64,000 nt of DNA. It comes from Bacillota bacterium (GTDB taxonomy: Bacteria > Bacillota > Proteinivoracia > UBA4975 > VEMY01). The position numbers and the translations under genes are program-made. How positions within the stretch are numbered: position 1 is the stretch's first letter; the number at the start of each line of letters is the position of its first letter. The DNA lies in contig VEMY01000021.1 in NCBI GenBank assembly GCA_009711825.1, positions 64,976 to 128,975 on the forward strand, in the 5' to 3' direction. Under the pieces are notes generated by a model. It was not told the origin of the DNA, did not search any database, and saw only the letters and a list, made by a program, of their open reading frames with translations. Of the stretch, positions 46,208 to 55,468 are shown one piece after another.

Positions 46208-48726
46208 TGAGGATGGCAGTTAAAACAGTCTTAACATTGCAGGAGGATTTTACAGGCGAGTTTCCTGTAACAGAGCGCACGTCGGCGCTGTGGAGGTTTA
46301 ATGAGAGCGCTCCAGATAGCAATACCCAACTCATGGATTCTTCCGGACACGGACGACATTTTACCATTTCTGGCTGGTCAGGCACCACCGCTGCCCTTCC
46401 CCTTAGCCGGTTCGGTCGGTATTTCAGGCAAAATATCAATAACCCGACCAGTGAAAGAACCCACCTTATAGCTGCCAACGACGGCAGCTTTTTTAATAAT
46501 TTGGGGGATAAAATTGCCGTAGGCGGCTGGATCAACCCGACCACCTATTCAATCGGTCAGACTTTTATCCCCATTTTCAATACCCGGCAAGGACCCGGAC
46601 AGCCCATCTTTTATGTGTCGCTCTATCAGGGCAGACCGCGTATGATGCTTTACAACTCGGCGGGCTCGCTGATTCTTGACCAGAGTGAAACGCCAAGTTT
46701 CTCCATGGTCAATGGCGGCTGGTACTTCATCGCAGCGGTTATTGAGGTCACTGCCAAGACTTCGCAGATAATCCTCTGTGATCGGAGTAACGGTGCGGTT
46801 TGGATAGCTCCCAAGCGCACTTTTACTGGTACCCTTAATCCGTCCTGCACTGCTGATATCGTCATGGGCATGCTGGCTAACACCTATTATTTCGCAGGCG
46901 GCTTCGACGATTGGTTCTTGGAGACCGATTCGCAGCTTACCGTGGAAGACTTGGCGGAATATTTCAGGAGTGCTCTTCTGGCCAATGGTGCTGACAGTGC
47001 TGCCAATGTGGATGCTTTAACCGAGCCTGGGACAGTCCTGCTCAAGGCGACAGGCGGTACTTATCCCGCAAGTGGTGTCTTGTATACTAAGGCGGCTCCT
47101 TGTGCACTATCCGGCAGCGGTAGGGTGTCGGTAACCAGTGAGTATGTACCGGGTGTTACCTCTATTACAGAGGTGGAAACAGCCACTTCCGATAACTTGG
47201 AAGAGTGGTCGGTGTGGCAAAACATAGGCAGCGGCGGCGAGCTGCAGTCGCCGAACAGGCAGTACATCCGCTTTCGTGTAACACTGGCAACAACCGACCC
47301 ATCAAGGACGCCTAAACTCTTGGAAATCCAGCTTCATGATATCCCAAGGCCTCCTTTTGAAAAATTAGGCTATGCCCGGCCTGTGGTACTGGACGCAAAC
47401 GGCGCATGGGAAGCTGTATTGGAGAACGCCTTTGATATTATTGTCACCGGCGAGGTCAATGGCGCTGAGGTGCTGGAATTCAAGCTGCCCTGGGGCGACA
47501 GCAAGCGGGCGGCATTGGACAACGAAAAGTCGGTGCAAATTGTCAAGGATATCTATCGCATCCGTACTATCTCAGACGAAAAAGGAACGGACGGAGCTAC
47601 CCTCACTACGGTGTATGCTGAGGCGGCCTTTTATGATCTGGCGTTCAGTGCAGAAAAGCAGCCCATCGAGTTTAATGCAGACACCCCGGATGTGCCGATG
47701 CAATATGCACTTCAAGGCACCGGCTGGTCTGTAGGCACGGTCAATGTATCCACCCTGCGGACATGGCAATGCATAGAAAAAAACGCCCTGGCTATTCTTC
47801 GGGCGGTACAGAACATCCATGGCGGTGACTTGGTTTTCGATAGCGCCAACCGATTGGTACACCTGCTGACCTTCAGCGGTAAGGAAAGCGGCGCTCTCTT
47901 TGCTTATAGAAAGAACCTTAATAGTATTAAGCGGGTGGTAGATACCCGCTCCCTGGTGACACGGCTTTATGCTTACGGCAAGGATGGCATGACCTTTGCT
48001 TCCATCAACGATGGCAAGGAGTATGTGGAGGACTACACCTATTCTAATGAGGTGCGGGTTTCCGCCCTCGATTTATCCAACTTCAGTAATCCGTATCAGA
48101 TGCTGGAGTTTACAAGGATGCGGTTGGCCGAGTACGCCAAGCCCCGTGTTTCCTATGTTTTATCTGCTATGGACTTATCCACCCTGACGGGCTATGAGCA
48201 TGAGGCATGGGAGCTTGGCGATATTGTCACCGTGGACGACCGAGACTTGAATTTAACCATTCGGACACGGATTGTCCGCAGAGAGTACAATCTGCAGGAG
48301 CCTTGGAAAACCGTGCTGGAGCTGTCCAGCAAGCTGAGAGAACTTGGCGATTCTTCAATTGAAACGGTTGCTGACCAACTGGCGCAGTCCGACCTTGTGC
48401 AGCAGGAAATCCGGGACATGGTACCTTTTAACCATCTGAGAAATTCACGCGCTGACGATGGTTTTGCCTATTGGCAGAACTCAGGCTTTGAGATTGATAC
48501 TGAAAACGGTGTGACGGGAACGGCGTCCTTCAAGGCAATTGGCGTTCCCGGTTTGACCAAGAGTATGGCACAAACGGTTTATCCAGCTTCAAGGCGCACC
48601 TATACCCTATCGGCGCAGATTGGCTCGGAGAACCTGCAAAAGGGTGCGAATGGTCAAGTGGGTATTGAGGTGGTGTTTGAGTACGAGGATGGCAGCACCG
48701 AAACACGCTTTATTGACCTATTTTAG
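46204..48726 (+). CDS. Tail-associated protein (Tal / prophage-tail family) with N-terminal LamG/ConA-like jelly-roll region
   Basis: 840 aa. The central and C-terminal parts resemble the phage minor structural / prophage tail endopeptidase family. The N-terminal ~300 aa look lectin-like. Confidence 0.65.
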   Translation: MMRMAVKTVLTLQEDFTGEFPVTERTSALWRFNESAPDSNTQLMDSSGHGRHFTISGWSGTTAALPLSRFGRYFRQNINNPTSERTHLIAANDGSFFNNLGDKIAVGGWINPTTYSIGQTFIPIFNTRQGPGQPIFYVSLYQGRPRMMLYNSAGSLILDQSETPSFSMVNGGWYFIAAVIEVTAKTSQIILCDRSNGAVWIAPKRTFTGTLNPSCTADIVMGMLANTYYFAGGFDDWFLETDSQLTVEDLAEYFRSALLANGADSAANVDALTEPGTVLLKATGGTYPASGVLYTKAAPCALSGSGRVSVTSEYVPGVTSITEVETATSDNLEEWSVWQNIGSGGELQSPNRQYIRFRVTLATTDPSRTPKLLEIQLHDIPRPPFEKLGYARPVVLDANGAWEAVLENAFDIIVTGEVNGAEVLEFKLPWGDSKRAALDNEKSVQIVKDIYRIRTISDEKGTDGATLTTVYAEAAFYDLAFSAEKQPIEFNADTPDVPMQYALQGTGWSVGTVNVSTLRTWQCIEKNALAILRAVQNIHGGDLVFDSANRLVHLLTFSGKESGALFAYRKNLNSIKRVVDTRSLVTRLYAYGKDGMTFASINDGKEYVEDYTYSNEVRVSALDLSNFSNPYQMLEFTRMRLAEYAKPRVSYVLSAMDLSTLTGYEHEAWELGDIVTVDDRDLNLTIRTRIVRREYNLQEPWKTVLELSSKLRELGDSSIETVADQLAQSDLVQQEIRDMVPFNHLRNSRADDGFAYWQNSGFEIDTENGVTGTASFKAIGVPGLTKSMAQTVYPASRRTYTLSAQIGSENLQKGANGQVGIEVVFEYEDGSTETRFIDLF

Positions 48727-48740
48727 AGGAGGTTGGCGGC

Positions 48741-48935
48741 ATGACATATTTTCAGCAGATTGCGCGGGATGCATCGCCCAGAGGTTATAAAGTCCTGCGC
48801 TCTATCACTGTCCGGCTCTGCATCACTGACTGTACAGGCTCAGTGTATTTTACCGACCTGATGCTGCAGGCTGGGTCCATCGCTACCGGCTGGGTAGGTC
48901 ATGTGAGTGAAATTCAATGGACATTTGATGGGTAG
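48741..48935 (+). CDS. Small tail-region protein, partial paralog of the next gene
   Basis: 64 aa. SITVRLCITDCTGSVYFTDLMLQAGSIATGW aligns with SITVRPVIADCTGSIWFTDLQVQEGGRLTGY. Confidence 0.4.
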   Translation: MTYFQQIARDASPRGYKVLRSITVRLCITDCTGSVYFTDLMLQAGSIATGWVGHVSEIQWTFDG

Positions 48936-49511
48936 GTGACGCATATGGTGGGAAATTTCATTCGGTTTACTGAAACCCTCAAAACAAAGGAAGAACTTCG
49001 TGTAGTCAGCATTACTGTCCGCCCTGTCATCGCCGATTGCACAGGCAGCATCTGGTTTACCGACCTGCAAGTGCAGGAAGGCGGGCGTCTCACCGGCTAT
49101 ACGCCCCACACTTCTGCGATGCTCAAGAATTCGCCAAATCCGCCGCGTTACCATAACGGCATAGTGCGAACTGGGGAAACCATCATCATCTTCAACCTTG
49201 GCGAAACCTCCTCGGGGCTGGACTGCTACATCTACCCCCTACAGGACATGGAAGCTGGAAGCATCTCTCTCTCCCAAGGTGAAGGCTCGCATAAAATGCA
49301 CTTCCTGACGGGAGCAAACGCTGGCGACGAGATGGTGTTGCGGGCTTCTACACGGGAATGCCTGAAAAATGGGATGCCTACACCAAAGCACGGTTTTTAC
49401 CAATATTCCGCCGCCCATGACAGCAAGCATCAAGTTCGGCTTCAGGAGCGTAAATCGGCACGGGTGTATTTTGAGTACAGGGAGATGCGGAAAGGACAGG
49501 AACGGCTATGA
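48936..49511 (+). CDS. Hypothetical tail-region protein
   Basis: 191 aa. Shares a ~40-aa motif with the preceding ORF. Confidence 0.5.
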   Translation: MTHMVGNFIRFTETLKTKEELRVVSITVRPVIADCTGSIWFTDLQVQEGGRLTGYTPHTSAMLKNSPNPPRYHNGIVRTGETIIIFNLGETSSGLDCYIYPLQDMEAGSISLSQGEGSHKMHFLTGANAGDEMVLRASTRECLKNGMPTPKHGFYQYSAAHDSKHQVRLQERKSARVYFEYREMRKGQERL

Positions 49512-49537
49512 GGAACTATTTAAAGGGAAAGAAGTGC

Positions 49538-51973
49538 ATGGTGTGGAGTTTCATGGGTAATGCCCGCATGTATCAGGCACTCTTTAATTACGGTGACCGG
49601 CTGGATACAGTCGGTATTTTTACTTTTGAGGTTAATAGTTCGGGAGTAATCAGTGAAACCGGCACCAGCATCAGCAGTATGCTGCCATATATCAGCCGCT
49701 GGCCCCATGTGAAGTGGCTGCTGACCATCATGAACCATGGGTCGGCTTCCATTTTTACCGCACTGCGTAACAACACCAACGGCGCAAAGGATATGTTTTT
49801 ATCCGAGATTGTGAGGATCATGAATAAATATCCTTGGTGCGCCGGTGTGGATATCGATTTAGAGCGGGGCGGCGGCTATGAAAACAAGGATGCAGCCAAT
49901 GCCTTATTTCGTGATATCTACCAGACCGTGAAGAACTACAATCCTAGCAAGCTGGTCAATATCTGTCTGCCCGGCATGACCGGTGTGCAGGGTTCGGTGG
50001 GGGGCGAAAACTGGTGTGTGTATGAGGACTTGGATGAATACTGTGATACTGCTGCCATCATGAGTTATGGCATGGCGTGGGCAGGCTCTGCACCAGGACC
50101 TGTATCCCCCCGTAGCTGGCTGGAGGGTATCTACAACTATGCCGTCCAAGTCATGGACCCGGATAAAGTGTTTTTTGGTCTTCCGGCATACGGCTGGAAT
50201 TGGCGCATCCATGACACGCCCGAAAACCTGGGGATCACCTATCGGGGTGTCTCCAACACCTATTATGCGGCCCAGCTTTGGATGACCGGGGGATACAACT
50301 TTACAGGCAACGGCCCGCCACAGCCCATGATCCCCATCATCGCCTATTGGGATGATTACGATAAGGTGCCATGGGCATTGCCCCAGGTTTATGACTATAT
50401 GGAAGGTTGGGACGCAGTGGAACGGCAAAGCCCACTGCTGCAGGAAACCTACAACAGGCGGCGCTATTTAACCGCCTATAGCAAAGAGCAGCGGACAGAG
50501 TTCGGTAGTATATTTGTCGACCGCAACGGCGTCCCGGACAGCTATACCGGTAATGTCATAGTGACGGAGAATATGGCGTCCTTGGGCGAGGACGGGGAAG
50601 CGGAGTATCAGTTCCAGATCGAGCAGGCCGGAGTTTATGATGTGGCTGTGCGGCTATGTTACCCCTTTTGGGACAAGAATGCCCTTGATGTATCCCTTGA
50701 TGGTACACTAAAGTCGTTCTCAGAAAACCGCCTGTGGTGGCCGTACTGGCGACGGATATGCTGGCTTACGCTGGCTAAAGGTGTTTTCCTTTCTGCTGGC
50801 ACGCACACTATTGGTATTAGTGGCGGTGTGCCAGGCACGCAGTTTTACGGCTTTCGGGTTTGCAGCAACTTCTCGGAAGCACCATCCGCTGGAGAAGCAA
50901 CATATACGCTCTCTCCCCGCAGTTTCAAGGATGTGAACGGTGTGATGGCCGTGCCGGATCGGGGCTTTAAGCTAACCTGTGAGATGCTCCGCAGAAGACC
51001 TGATTCAGCTCTCGTCTGGTATGAGGATTTTCGGGATGGCAATATGCTGCCACAGAGCTATTGGACGATACTGGACGGTGAATGGACGGTTTGGCAAAAC
51101 CCGGACAGCACAGCCAACCGCCCCTACTCCCAGCTTGACGGGCACGGCAGGCTGGCGTGGAAGTATGACGGTTTTTCAGACGTCCATATTCGGGCGCGGC
51201 TGGCGTTTCCTCAGAACGGCAGTGGACGAGCAGGAGTGTTCTGTGGAGACCTGTTTTGCTGTTTAAATATTGATACACAGCGGGTTGAGTTATACCAAGG
51301 CTCCACACTGCTGGGCAGCTTTTCCACCAGCTTCAACAAGACGCCGGACAGCAGTCTTCGCTCCAGTCCTAGCATGTACACCATTGAGATGCGAAAGCGC
51401 GGCAATACGGTCAGGGTATACTCCGGTGCAAGCTATACCTTGCGCTTTACGGCGACTGTTAGCCCTACGGGGGGTTATGCTGGCTACCGCTCGGATAACC
51501 GGACAGTATGTGAACTGTTGCGGTTGGGTGATGCATGGACGTATGAGCCCTATGAGGCTTTTGATGTACACATGCCGGACGGAACCACCAAGGGTTTCGG
51601 CAGGATTTCCCGCACTGGCGTCACATGGGATGAAGAATTCCAAGTGTTTTCAGTCAATAGTGATGTAGAGGAATCGTCTACCCGCTCCGAGAGCATTTCC
51701 ATGGACTATGATTTTTTTCACTCCGACCTGCTTCAAATCACCTGCGGTGGGGATTACGCCGCCAAGGTGGTGCCAAGGGACATCAATGTGTGGATCTCCC
51801 GGCTGTTTCTCGGCGACGCAGATGGTTTTTCCATTCTGTATTATCAGGATGTGGACAGCCTTGTCTATTGGGCCAATGAAGCGGCATACCGTTGGAAGCT
51901 TCGGGGTATCGCTATTTGGTCCCTGGGGCAGGAGGATATGAGACTCTGGGAGGCACTGCCCAAGCAGGTGTGA
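49538..51973 (+). CDS. Large tail-region protein with a GH18-like (chitinase-fold) N-terminal domain
   Basis: About 811 aa from the ATG at 49538. CAGVDIDLERGG matches the GH18 DxxDxDxE catalytic motif. The C-terminal ~450 aa are uncharacterised. Confidence 0.55.
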   Translation: MVWSFMGNARMYQALFNYGDRLDTVGIFTFEVNSSGVISETGTSISSMLPYISRWPHVKWLLTIMNHGSASIFTALRNNTNGAKDMFLSEIVRIMNKYPWCAGVDIDLERGGGYENKDAANALFRDIYQTVKNYNPSKLVNICLPGMTGVQGSVGGENWCVYEDLDEYCDTAAIMSYGMAWAGSAPGPVSPRSWLEGIYNYAVQVMDPDKVFFGLPAYGWNWRIHDTPENLGITYRGVSNTYYAAQLWMTGGYNFTGNGPPQPMIPIIAYWDDYDKVPWALPQVYDYMEGWDAVERQSPLLQETYNRRRYLTAYSKEQRTEFGSIFVDRNGVPDSYTGNVIVTENMASLGEDGEAEYQFQIEQAGVYDVAVRLCYPFWDKNALDVSLDGTLKSFSENRLWWPYWRRICWLTLAKGVFLSAGTHTIGISGGVPGTQFYGFRVCSNFSEAPSAGEATYTLSPRSFKDVNGVMAVPDRGFKLTCEMLRRRPDSALVWYEDFRDGNMLPQSYWTILDGEWTVWQNPDSTANRPYSQLDGHGRLAWKYDGFSDVHIRARLAFPQNGSGRAGVFCGDLFCCLNIDTQRVELYQGSTLLGSFSTSFNKTPDSSLRSSPSMYTIEMRKRGNTVRVYSGASYTLRFTATVSPTGGYAGYRSDNRTVCELLRLGDAWTYEPYEAFDVHMPDGTTKGFGRISRTGVTWDEEFQVFSVNSDVEESSTRSESISMDYDFFHSDLLQITCGGDYAAKVVPRDINVWISRLFLGDADGFSILYYQDVDSLVYWANEAAYRWKLRGIAIWSLGQEDMRLWEALPKQV

Positions 51974-52089
51974 CAAATTTTAGTAATGGAATTTCAAGAA
52001 CGCTTTTGCCCAAAACGGCAGGGCGTTCTTTTTTGTGCCGCTGGGTGCTGGCGTTAAACACAAATTACAGAAAAACGGAGGTATTGACA

Positions 52090-52503
52090 ATGAGAACAGT
52101 TTGGAACTGGGCACAGGCAGCCTTTGCCACCATGGGAGCTTTTCTTGGCTGGTTTCTTGGTGGGCTGGATGGATTTTTGTATGCCCTCATCGCCTTTGTG
52201 GTACTCGACTACCTGACCGGTGTTATATGTGCCATTACGGACAGGAGACTGTCCAGCGAGATTGGCTCGAAGGGCATCTTCAAGAAGGTGCTCATCTTTG
52301 TGCTGGTAGGAGTGGGACACATCGTCGACAGTCAGGTACTCGGCAGCAACGGTTCAATTCGGACGGCAGTGATTTTCTTTTATTTGAGTAACGAAGGCAT
52401 CTCAATCTTGGAAAACGCTGCTCATATCGGGCTGCCCATCCCCGAAAAGCTTAAGTCGATTCTTGAGCAGCTAAAAGACAAAAGCAGCAAGGAGGACGAG
52501 TAA
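52090..52503 (+). CDS. Holin
   Basis: 137 aa. ATG at 52090 behind a GGAGGT Shine-Dalgarno. Three hydrophobic helices and a charged C-terminus. Directly upstream of the endolysin. Confidence 0.75.
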   Translation: MRTVWNWAQAAFATMGAFLGWFLGGLDGFLYALIAFVVLDYLTGVICAITDRRLSSEIGSKGIFKKVLIFVLVGVGHIVDSQVLGSNGSIRTAVIFFYLSNEGISILENAAHIGLPIPEKLKSILEQLKDKSSKEDE

Positions 52504-53409
52504 ATGAACCTGAGAAAACTGATATTTACAAACAATGCCTGCTATAAGGCAGGCAGAACTATCACACCAAAGGGAATCATGGTTCATTCCACCGGCGCGA
52601 ACAATCCCTGGCTGAGACGCTATGTTGGCCCTGACGATGGTCTGCTTGGCAAAAATCAGTATAACAATCATTGGAACCAGAACAGGCCGGATGGACGACA
52701 GGTTTGTGTCCACGGCTTTATTGGCAAACTGGCTGACGGTAGTATTGCCACCTATCAAACCCTGCCTTGGAATCATCGGGGCTGGCATGCGGGAGGTACG
52801 GCTAACGACACGCACATTTCCTTTGAAATTTGTGAGGATAACCTGACTGACACTGGTTACTTCAACAAGGTCTATCACGAGGCGGTTGAACTTTGTGCAT
52901 ATCTTTGCAAACTCTATGGACTGAATGAGACCAATATCATCTGCCACAGCGAGGGCTACAGACAAGGCATCGCCAGCAATCACGCCGATGTGATGCACTG
53001 GTTCCCCCGGCATGGCAAAAATATGGATGTGTTTCGTGCCGATGTAAAGAAGCTACTGGCCGATGTGAAACCTGACCCTGCGCCTCCCACAGAGGATACC
53101 CTCTACCGTGTCCGAAAAAGCTGGGATGATCCCAAGTCCCAAAAAGGTGCCTTCAGGGTACTGGACAATGCCAAACGCTGTGCTGACGAAAACTCCGGTT
53201 ATTCCGTGTTTGACAGCACAGGTGCAAAGGTCTATAGCGGTAAAAATGATGCAGCTTATGAAATCTATACTGTCGTTAAAGGCGATTCTCTCTGGAGGAT
53301 TGCATCGGCAAAGCTGGGTAGCGGTGCCCGCTATCCAGAAATCAAGGAACTGAATGGGCTGACCTCGGATACCATCTTCCCCGGACAGAAACTGAAAATT
53401 CCAAAGTGA
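52504..53409 (+). CDS. Endolysin: N-acetylmuramoyl-L-alanine amidase (amidase_2/PGRP-like) with C-terminal LysM domain
   Basis: 301 aa. MVHSTGANNPW; C-terminal YTVVKGDSLWRIASAKLG...LNGL...GQKLKIP is a LysM signature. Confidence 0.85.
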   Translation: MNLRKLIFTNNACYKAGRTITPKGIMVHSTGANNPWLRRYVGPDDGLLGKNQYNNHWNQNRPDGRQVCVHGFIGKLADGSIATYQTLPWNHRGWHAGGTANDTHISFEICEDNLTDTGYFNKVYHEAVELCAYLCKLYGLNETNIICHSEGYRQGIASNHADVMHWFPRHGKNMDVFRADVKKLLADVKPDPAPPTEDTLYRVRKSWDDPKSQKGAFRVLDNAKRCADENSGYSVFDSTGAKVYSGKNDAAYEIYTVVKGDSLWRIASAKLGSGARYPEIKELNGLTSDTIFPGQKLKIPK

Positions 53410-53429
53410 TGAAAAGGCATAACAAGAGA

Positions 53430-53478
53430 GACCCATAGTGGGGATTATTCAATCCTTATTATGGGTCTTATTTTTTTG
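53430..53478 (+). terminator. Strong rho-independent terminator after the lysis cassette
   Basis: Outer stem GACCCATA/TATGGGTC (8 bp), inner stem GGATT/AATCC, then ttattttttt. Confidence 0.7.
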
Positions 53479-53485
53479 CACCCAA

Positions 53486-53550
53486 ACCGTCCGATTTTAC
53501 TTCCTCCGCTGGCTTATAGCAAAGGCTCTGTCATTTGCCTTCGGAGGAGG
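53486..53550 (+). promoter_or_regulatory. Copy 3 of the conserved intergenic element
   Basis: ACCGTCCGATTT...TGGCTTATAGC...AAGGC (53522-53526) / GCCTT (53537-53541)...CGGAGGAGG, 7 nt before the ATG at 53558. Confidence 0.6.
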
Positions 53551-53557
53551 TAGTTCA

Positions 53558-53965
53558 ATGACATATCAGCAAAAAGAAAAGATTAAACAAATGCGCGGCG
53601 AGGGTTTCAGCTATTCGAAGATAGCGGCAACGCTTGGCATTTCAGAGAATACGGTGAAATCATACTGTCGCCGGAACAACCTGGGTGGGGTCGGCACGGG
53701 AATCGCCAATCAAGCCGACGATGCTTTCTGTCGACAGTGTGGAGCCCTGCTCACCCACACTCCCAGTGCTAAAAAGAAGCGGTTCTGCTCAGACCAATGC
53801 CGCATGGCATGGTGGAATGCCCACCCGGAAGCGGTCAACCGTAAGGCGATCTACTCATTCACGTGTGATCATTGCGGTATTGACTTTGAAAGCTACGGCA
53901 ACAAGAATCGGAAATATTGCTCCCGTGCCTGCTACGGAAAGTCAAAGGCGGTGCCGCATGAATAA
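53558..53965 (+). CDS. HTH (sigma region-4/LuxR-like) plus zinc-ribbon protein, recombinase-associated regulator candidate
   Basis: 135 aa. GFSYSKIAATLGISENTVKSYCRR; CRQCG...CSDQC...CDHCG...CSRAC. Confidence 0.65.
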   Translation: MTYQQKEKIKQMRGEGFSYSKIAATLGISENTVKSYCRRNNLGGVGTGIANQADDAFCRQCGALLTHTPSAKKKRFCSDQCRMAWWNAHPEAVNRKAIYSFTCDHCGIDFESYGNKNRKYCSRACYGKSKAVPHE

Positions 53966-54113
53966 GGAACGAGGGATCATCTACTACACAGCGGCACTGG
54001 CGGTTTTTAGAAAATGGCTTGCAGAAGGTATCATCACCGAGGAGGAACTGGCAAAAATCGAAACAATAATAGCCGAAAAATATGGCCTGTCTTCGTGCAG
54101 CATATATCGTTAA
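53958..54113 (+). CDS. Small hypothetical protein (51 aa)
   Basis: MNKERGIIYYTAALAVFRKWLAEGIITEEELAKIETIIAEKYGLSSCSIYR. Overlaps the stop codon of the upstream gene. Confidence 0.4.
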   Translation: MNKERGIIYYTAALAVFRKWLAEGIITEEELAKIETIIAEKYGLSSCSIYR

Positions 54114-54171
54114 AACACTTGATATTACAGGCGTTTAGAGCGAATATGTCATATACGGAAGGAGGTCTCTT

Positions 54172-55467
54172 ATGGGAAGAATCATTACAAAAACAACTCT
54201 GGCTGCTCCATCCCTTCCCACCAGAAAAAGGGTTGCCGCTTATGCACGAGTTTCAAGCGGAAAAGATGCGATGTTACAGTCCCTCGCTGCCCAAGTCAGT
54301 TATTACAGTGGATTGATTCAGCGGAGACCGGACTGGGAATATGCCGGAGTTTATGCAGATGAAGCAATGACGGGAACAAAAGACAGGCGTCCTGAGTTCC
54401 AGCGCATGCTTGCTGACTGCAGGGATGAAAAAATCGATATGATTATCACGAAGTCAATATCACGATTTGCCAGGAATACCGTTACACTTTTGGAGACAGT
54501 ACGGGAGTTGAAGCTGCTCGGCGTGGATGTATATTTTGAAGAGCAGAATATTCACTCCATTAGCGGAGACGGGGAGCTAATGCTGACCATCCTCGCGTCC
54601 TACGCACAGGAAGAGAGTCTGTCGGCAAGTGAAAACTGCAAATGGCGTATCCGTAAGCAGTTTGAAAAAGGTGAACTGGCCAATCTGCGGTTCATGTTTG
54701 GCTACCAAGTTGTCAAGGGTAAGGTAGAGATTGATTCAGAACAAGCCGCCGTTGTCCGCATGATTTTTGCGGACTATATCAGTGGTATGGGTGGCGGCAG
54801 GATAGCAAAGAAGCTCAAGGAAATGAATGTGGCCACTGTGCATAGCGGTGACTGGAACGGTGAGCGCGTGATTGCCATCCTTAAAAATGAAAAATACACT
54901 GGGAACGCATTGCTGCAGAAAAAATATGTGGCTGACCATTTGACAAAAAAGCTGGTCTGGAATAAGGGTACTCTGCCGATGTATTATGCGGAAGATACTC
55001 ATCCAGCCATCATTGATAAGGAAACCTTTGAAAAGACGCAGGCAGTCATGGAGCAGCGGAGCAGGCTTTACGGGGCAAAGAGTGATACCCGTAACCGATA
55101 CCCCTTTAGCGGCATTATCCAGTGCGTAAACTGCGGCAAGAAGTATAAGCGGAAAGTCAGAGGTGGAAAGGCGGCCTGGCAGTGTTCCACTTTTTTGCAG
55201 GAAGGTAAAGCTGCTTGCCACGCCAAGCAAATACCGGAACCGGTGCTTTACACAACCAGTGCCGAGGTTCTCGGTCTGGGCGAATTTGATATGGATATCT
55301 TTGAAACTGAGATAGCAGAAATCAGGGTTCCTGAGTTTAACAAGCTGGTCTTTGTGTTCCTAGACGGACATACAGACGAAAAGGTCTGGCAGGACCGGTC
55401 TCGCCGTGAAAGCTGGACGGACGAGATGCGTCAGGCTGCCCGTGAAAAAGCGAAAGGGAGGCGGTAA
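54172..55467 (+). CDS. Large serine recombinase 1
   Basis: 431 aa. AAYARVSSGKDAMLQSLAAQ (catalytic Ser region), recombinase domain, zinc ribbon CVNCGKKY...CSTF. Confidence 0.9.
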   Translation: MGRIITKTTLAAPSLPTRKRVAAYARVSSGKDAMLQSLAAQVSYYSGLIQRRPDWEYAGVYADEAMTGTKDRRPEFQRMLADCRDEKIDMIITKSISRFARNTVTLLETVRELKLLGVDVYFEEQNIHSISGDGELMLTILASYAQEESLSASENCKWRIRKQFEKGELANLRFMFGYQVVKGKVEIDSEQAAVVRMIFADYISGMGGGRIAKKLKEMNVATVHSGDWNGERVIAILKNEKYTGNALLQKKYVADHLTKKLVWNKGTLPMYYAEDTHPAIIDKETFEKTQAVMEQRSRLYGAKSDTRNRYPFSGIIQCVNCGKKYKRKVRGGKAAWQCSTFLQEGKAACHAKQIPEPVLYTTSAEVLGLGEFDMDIFETEIAEIRVPEFNKLVFVFLDGHTDEKVWQDRSRRESWTDEMRQAAREKAKGRR

Positions 55468-55468
55468 T

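Noticed and set aside
51892-52503. Long form of the holin ORF starting at 51892 inside the GH18-like gene
   Set aside because: The N-terminal extension overlaps the upstream gene by 80 nt and has no Shine-Dalgarno. The ATG at 52090, with GGAGGT 8 nt upstream, gives a typical 137-aa holin.
52471-53013. 180-aa minus-strand ORF
   Set aside because: Antisense to the amidase endolysin gene.
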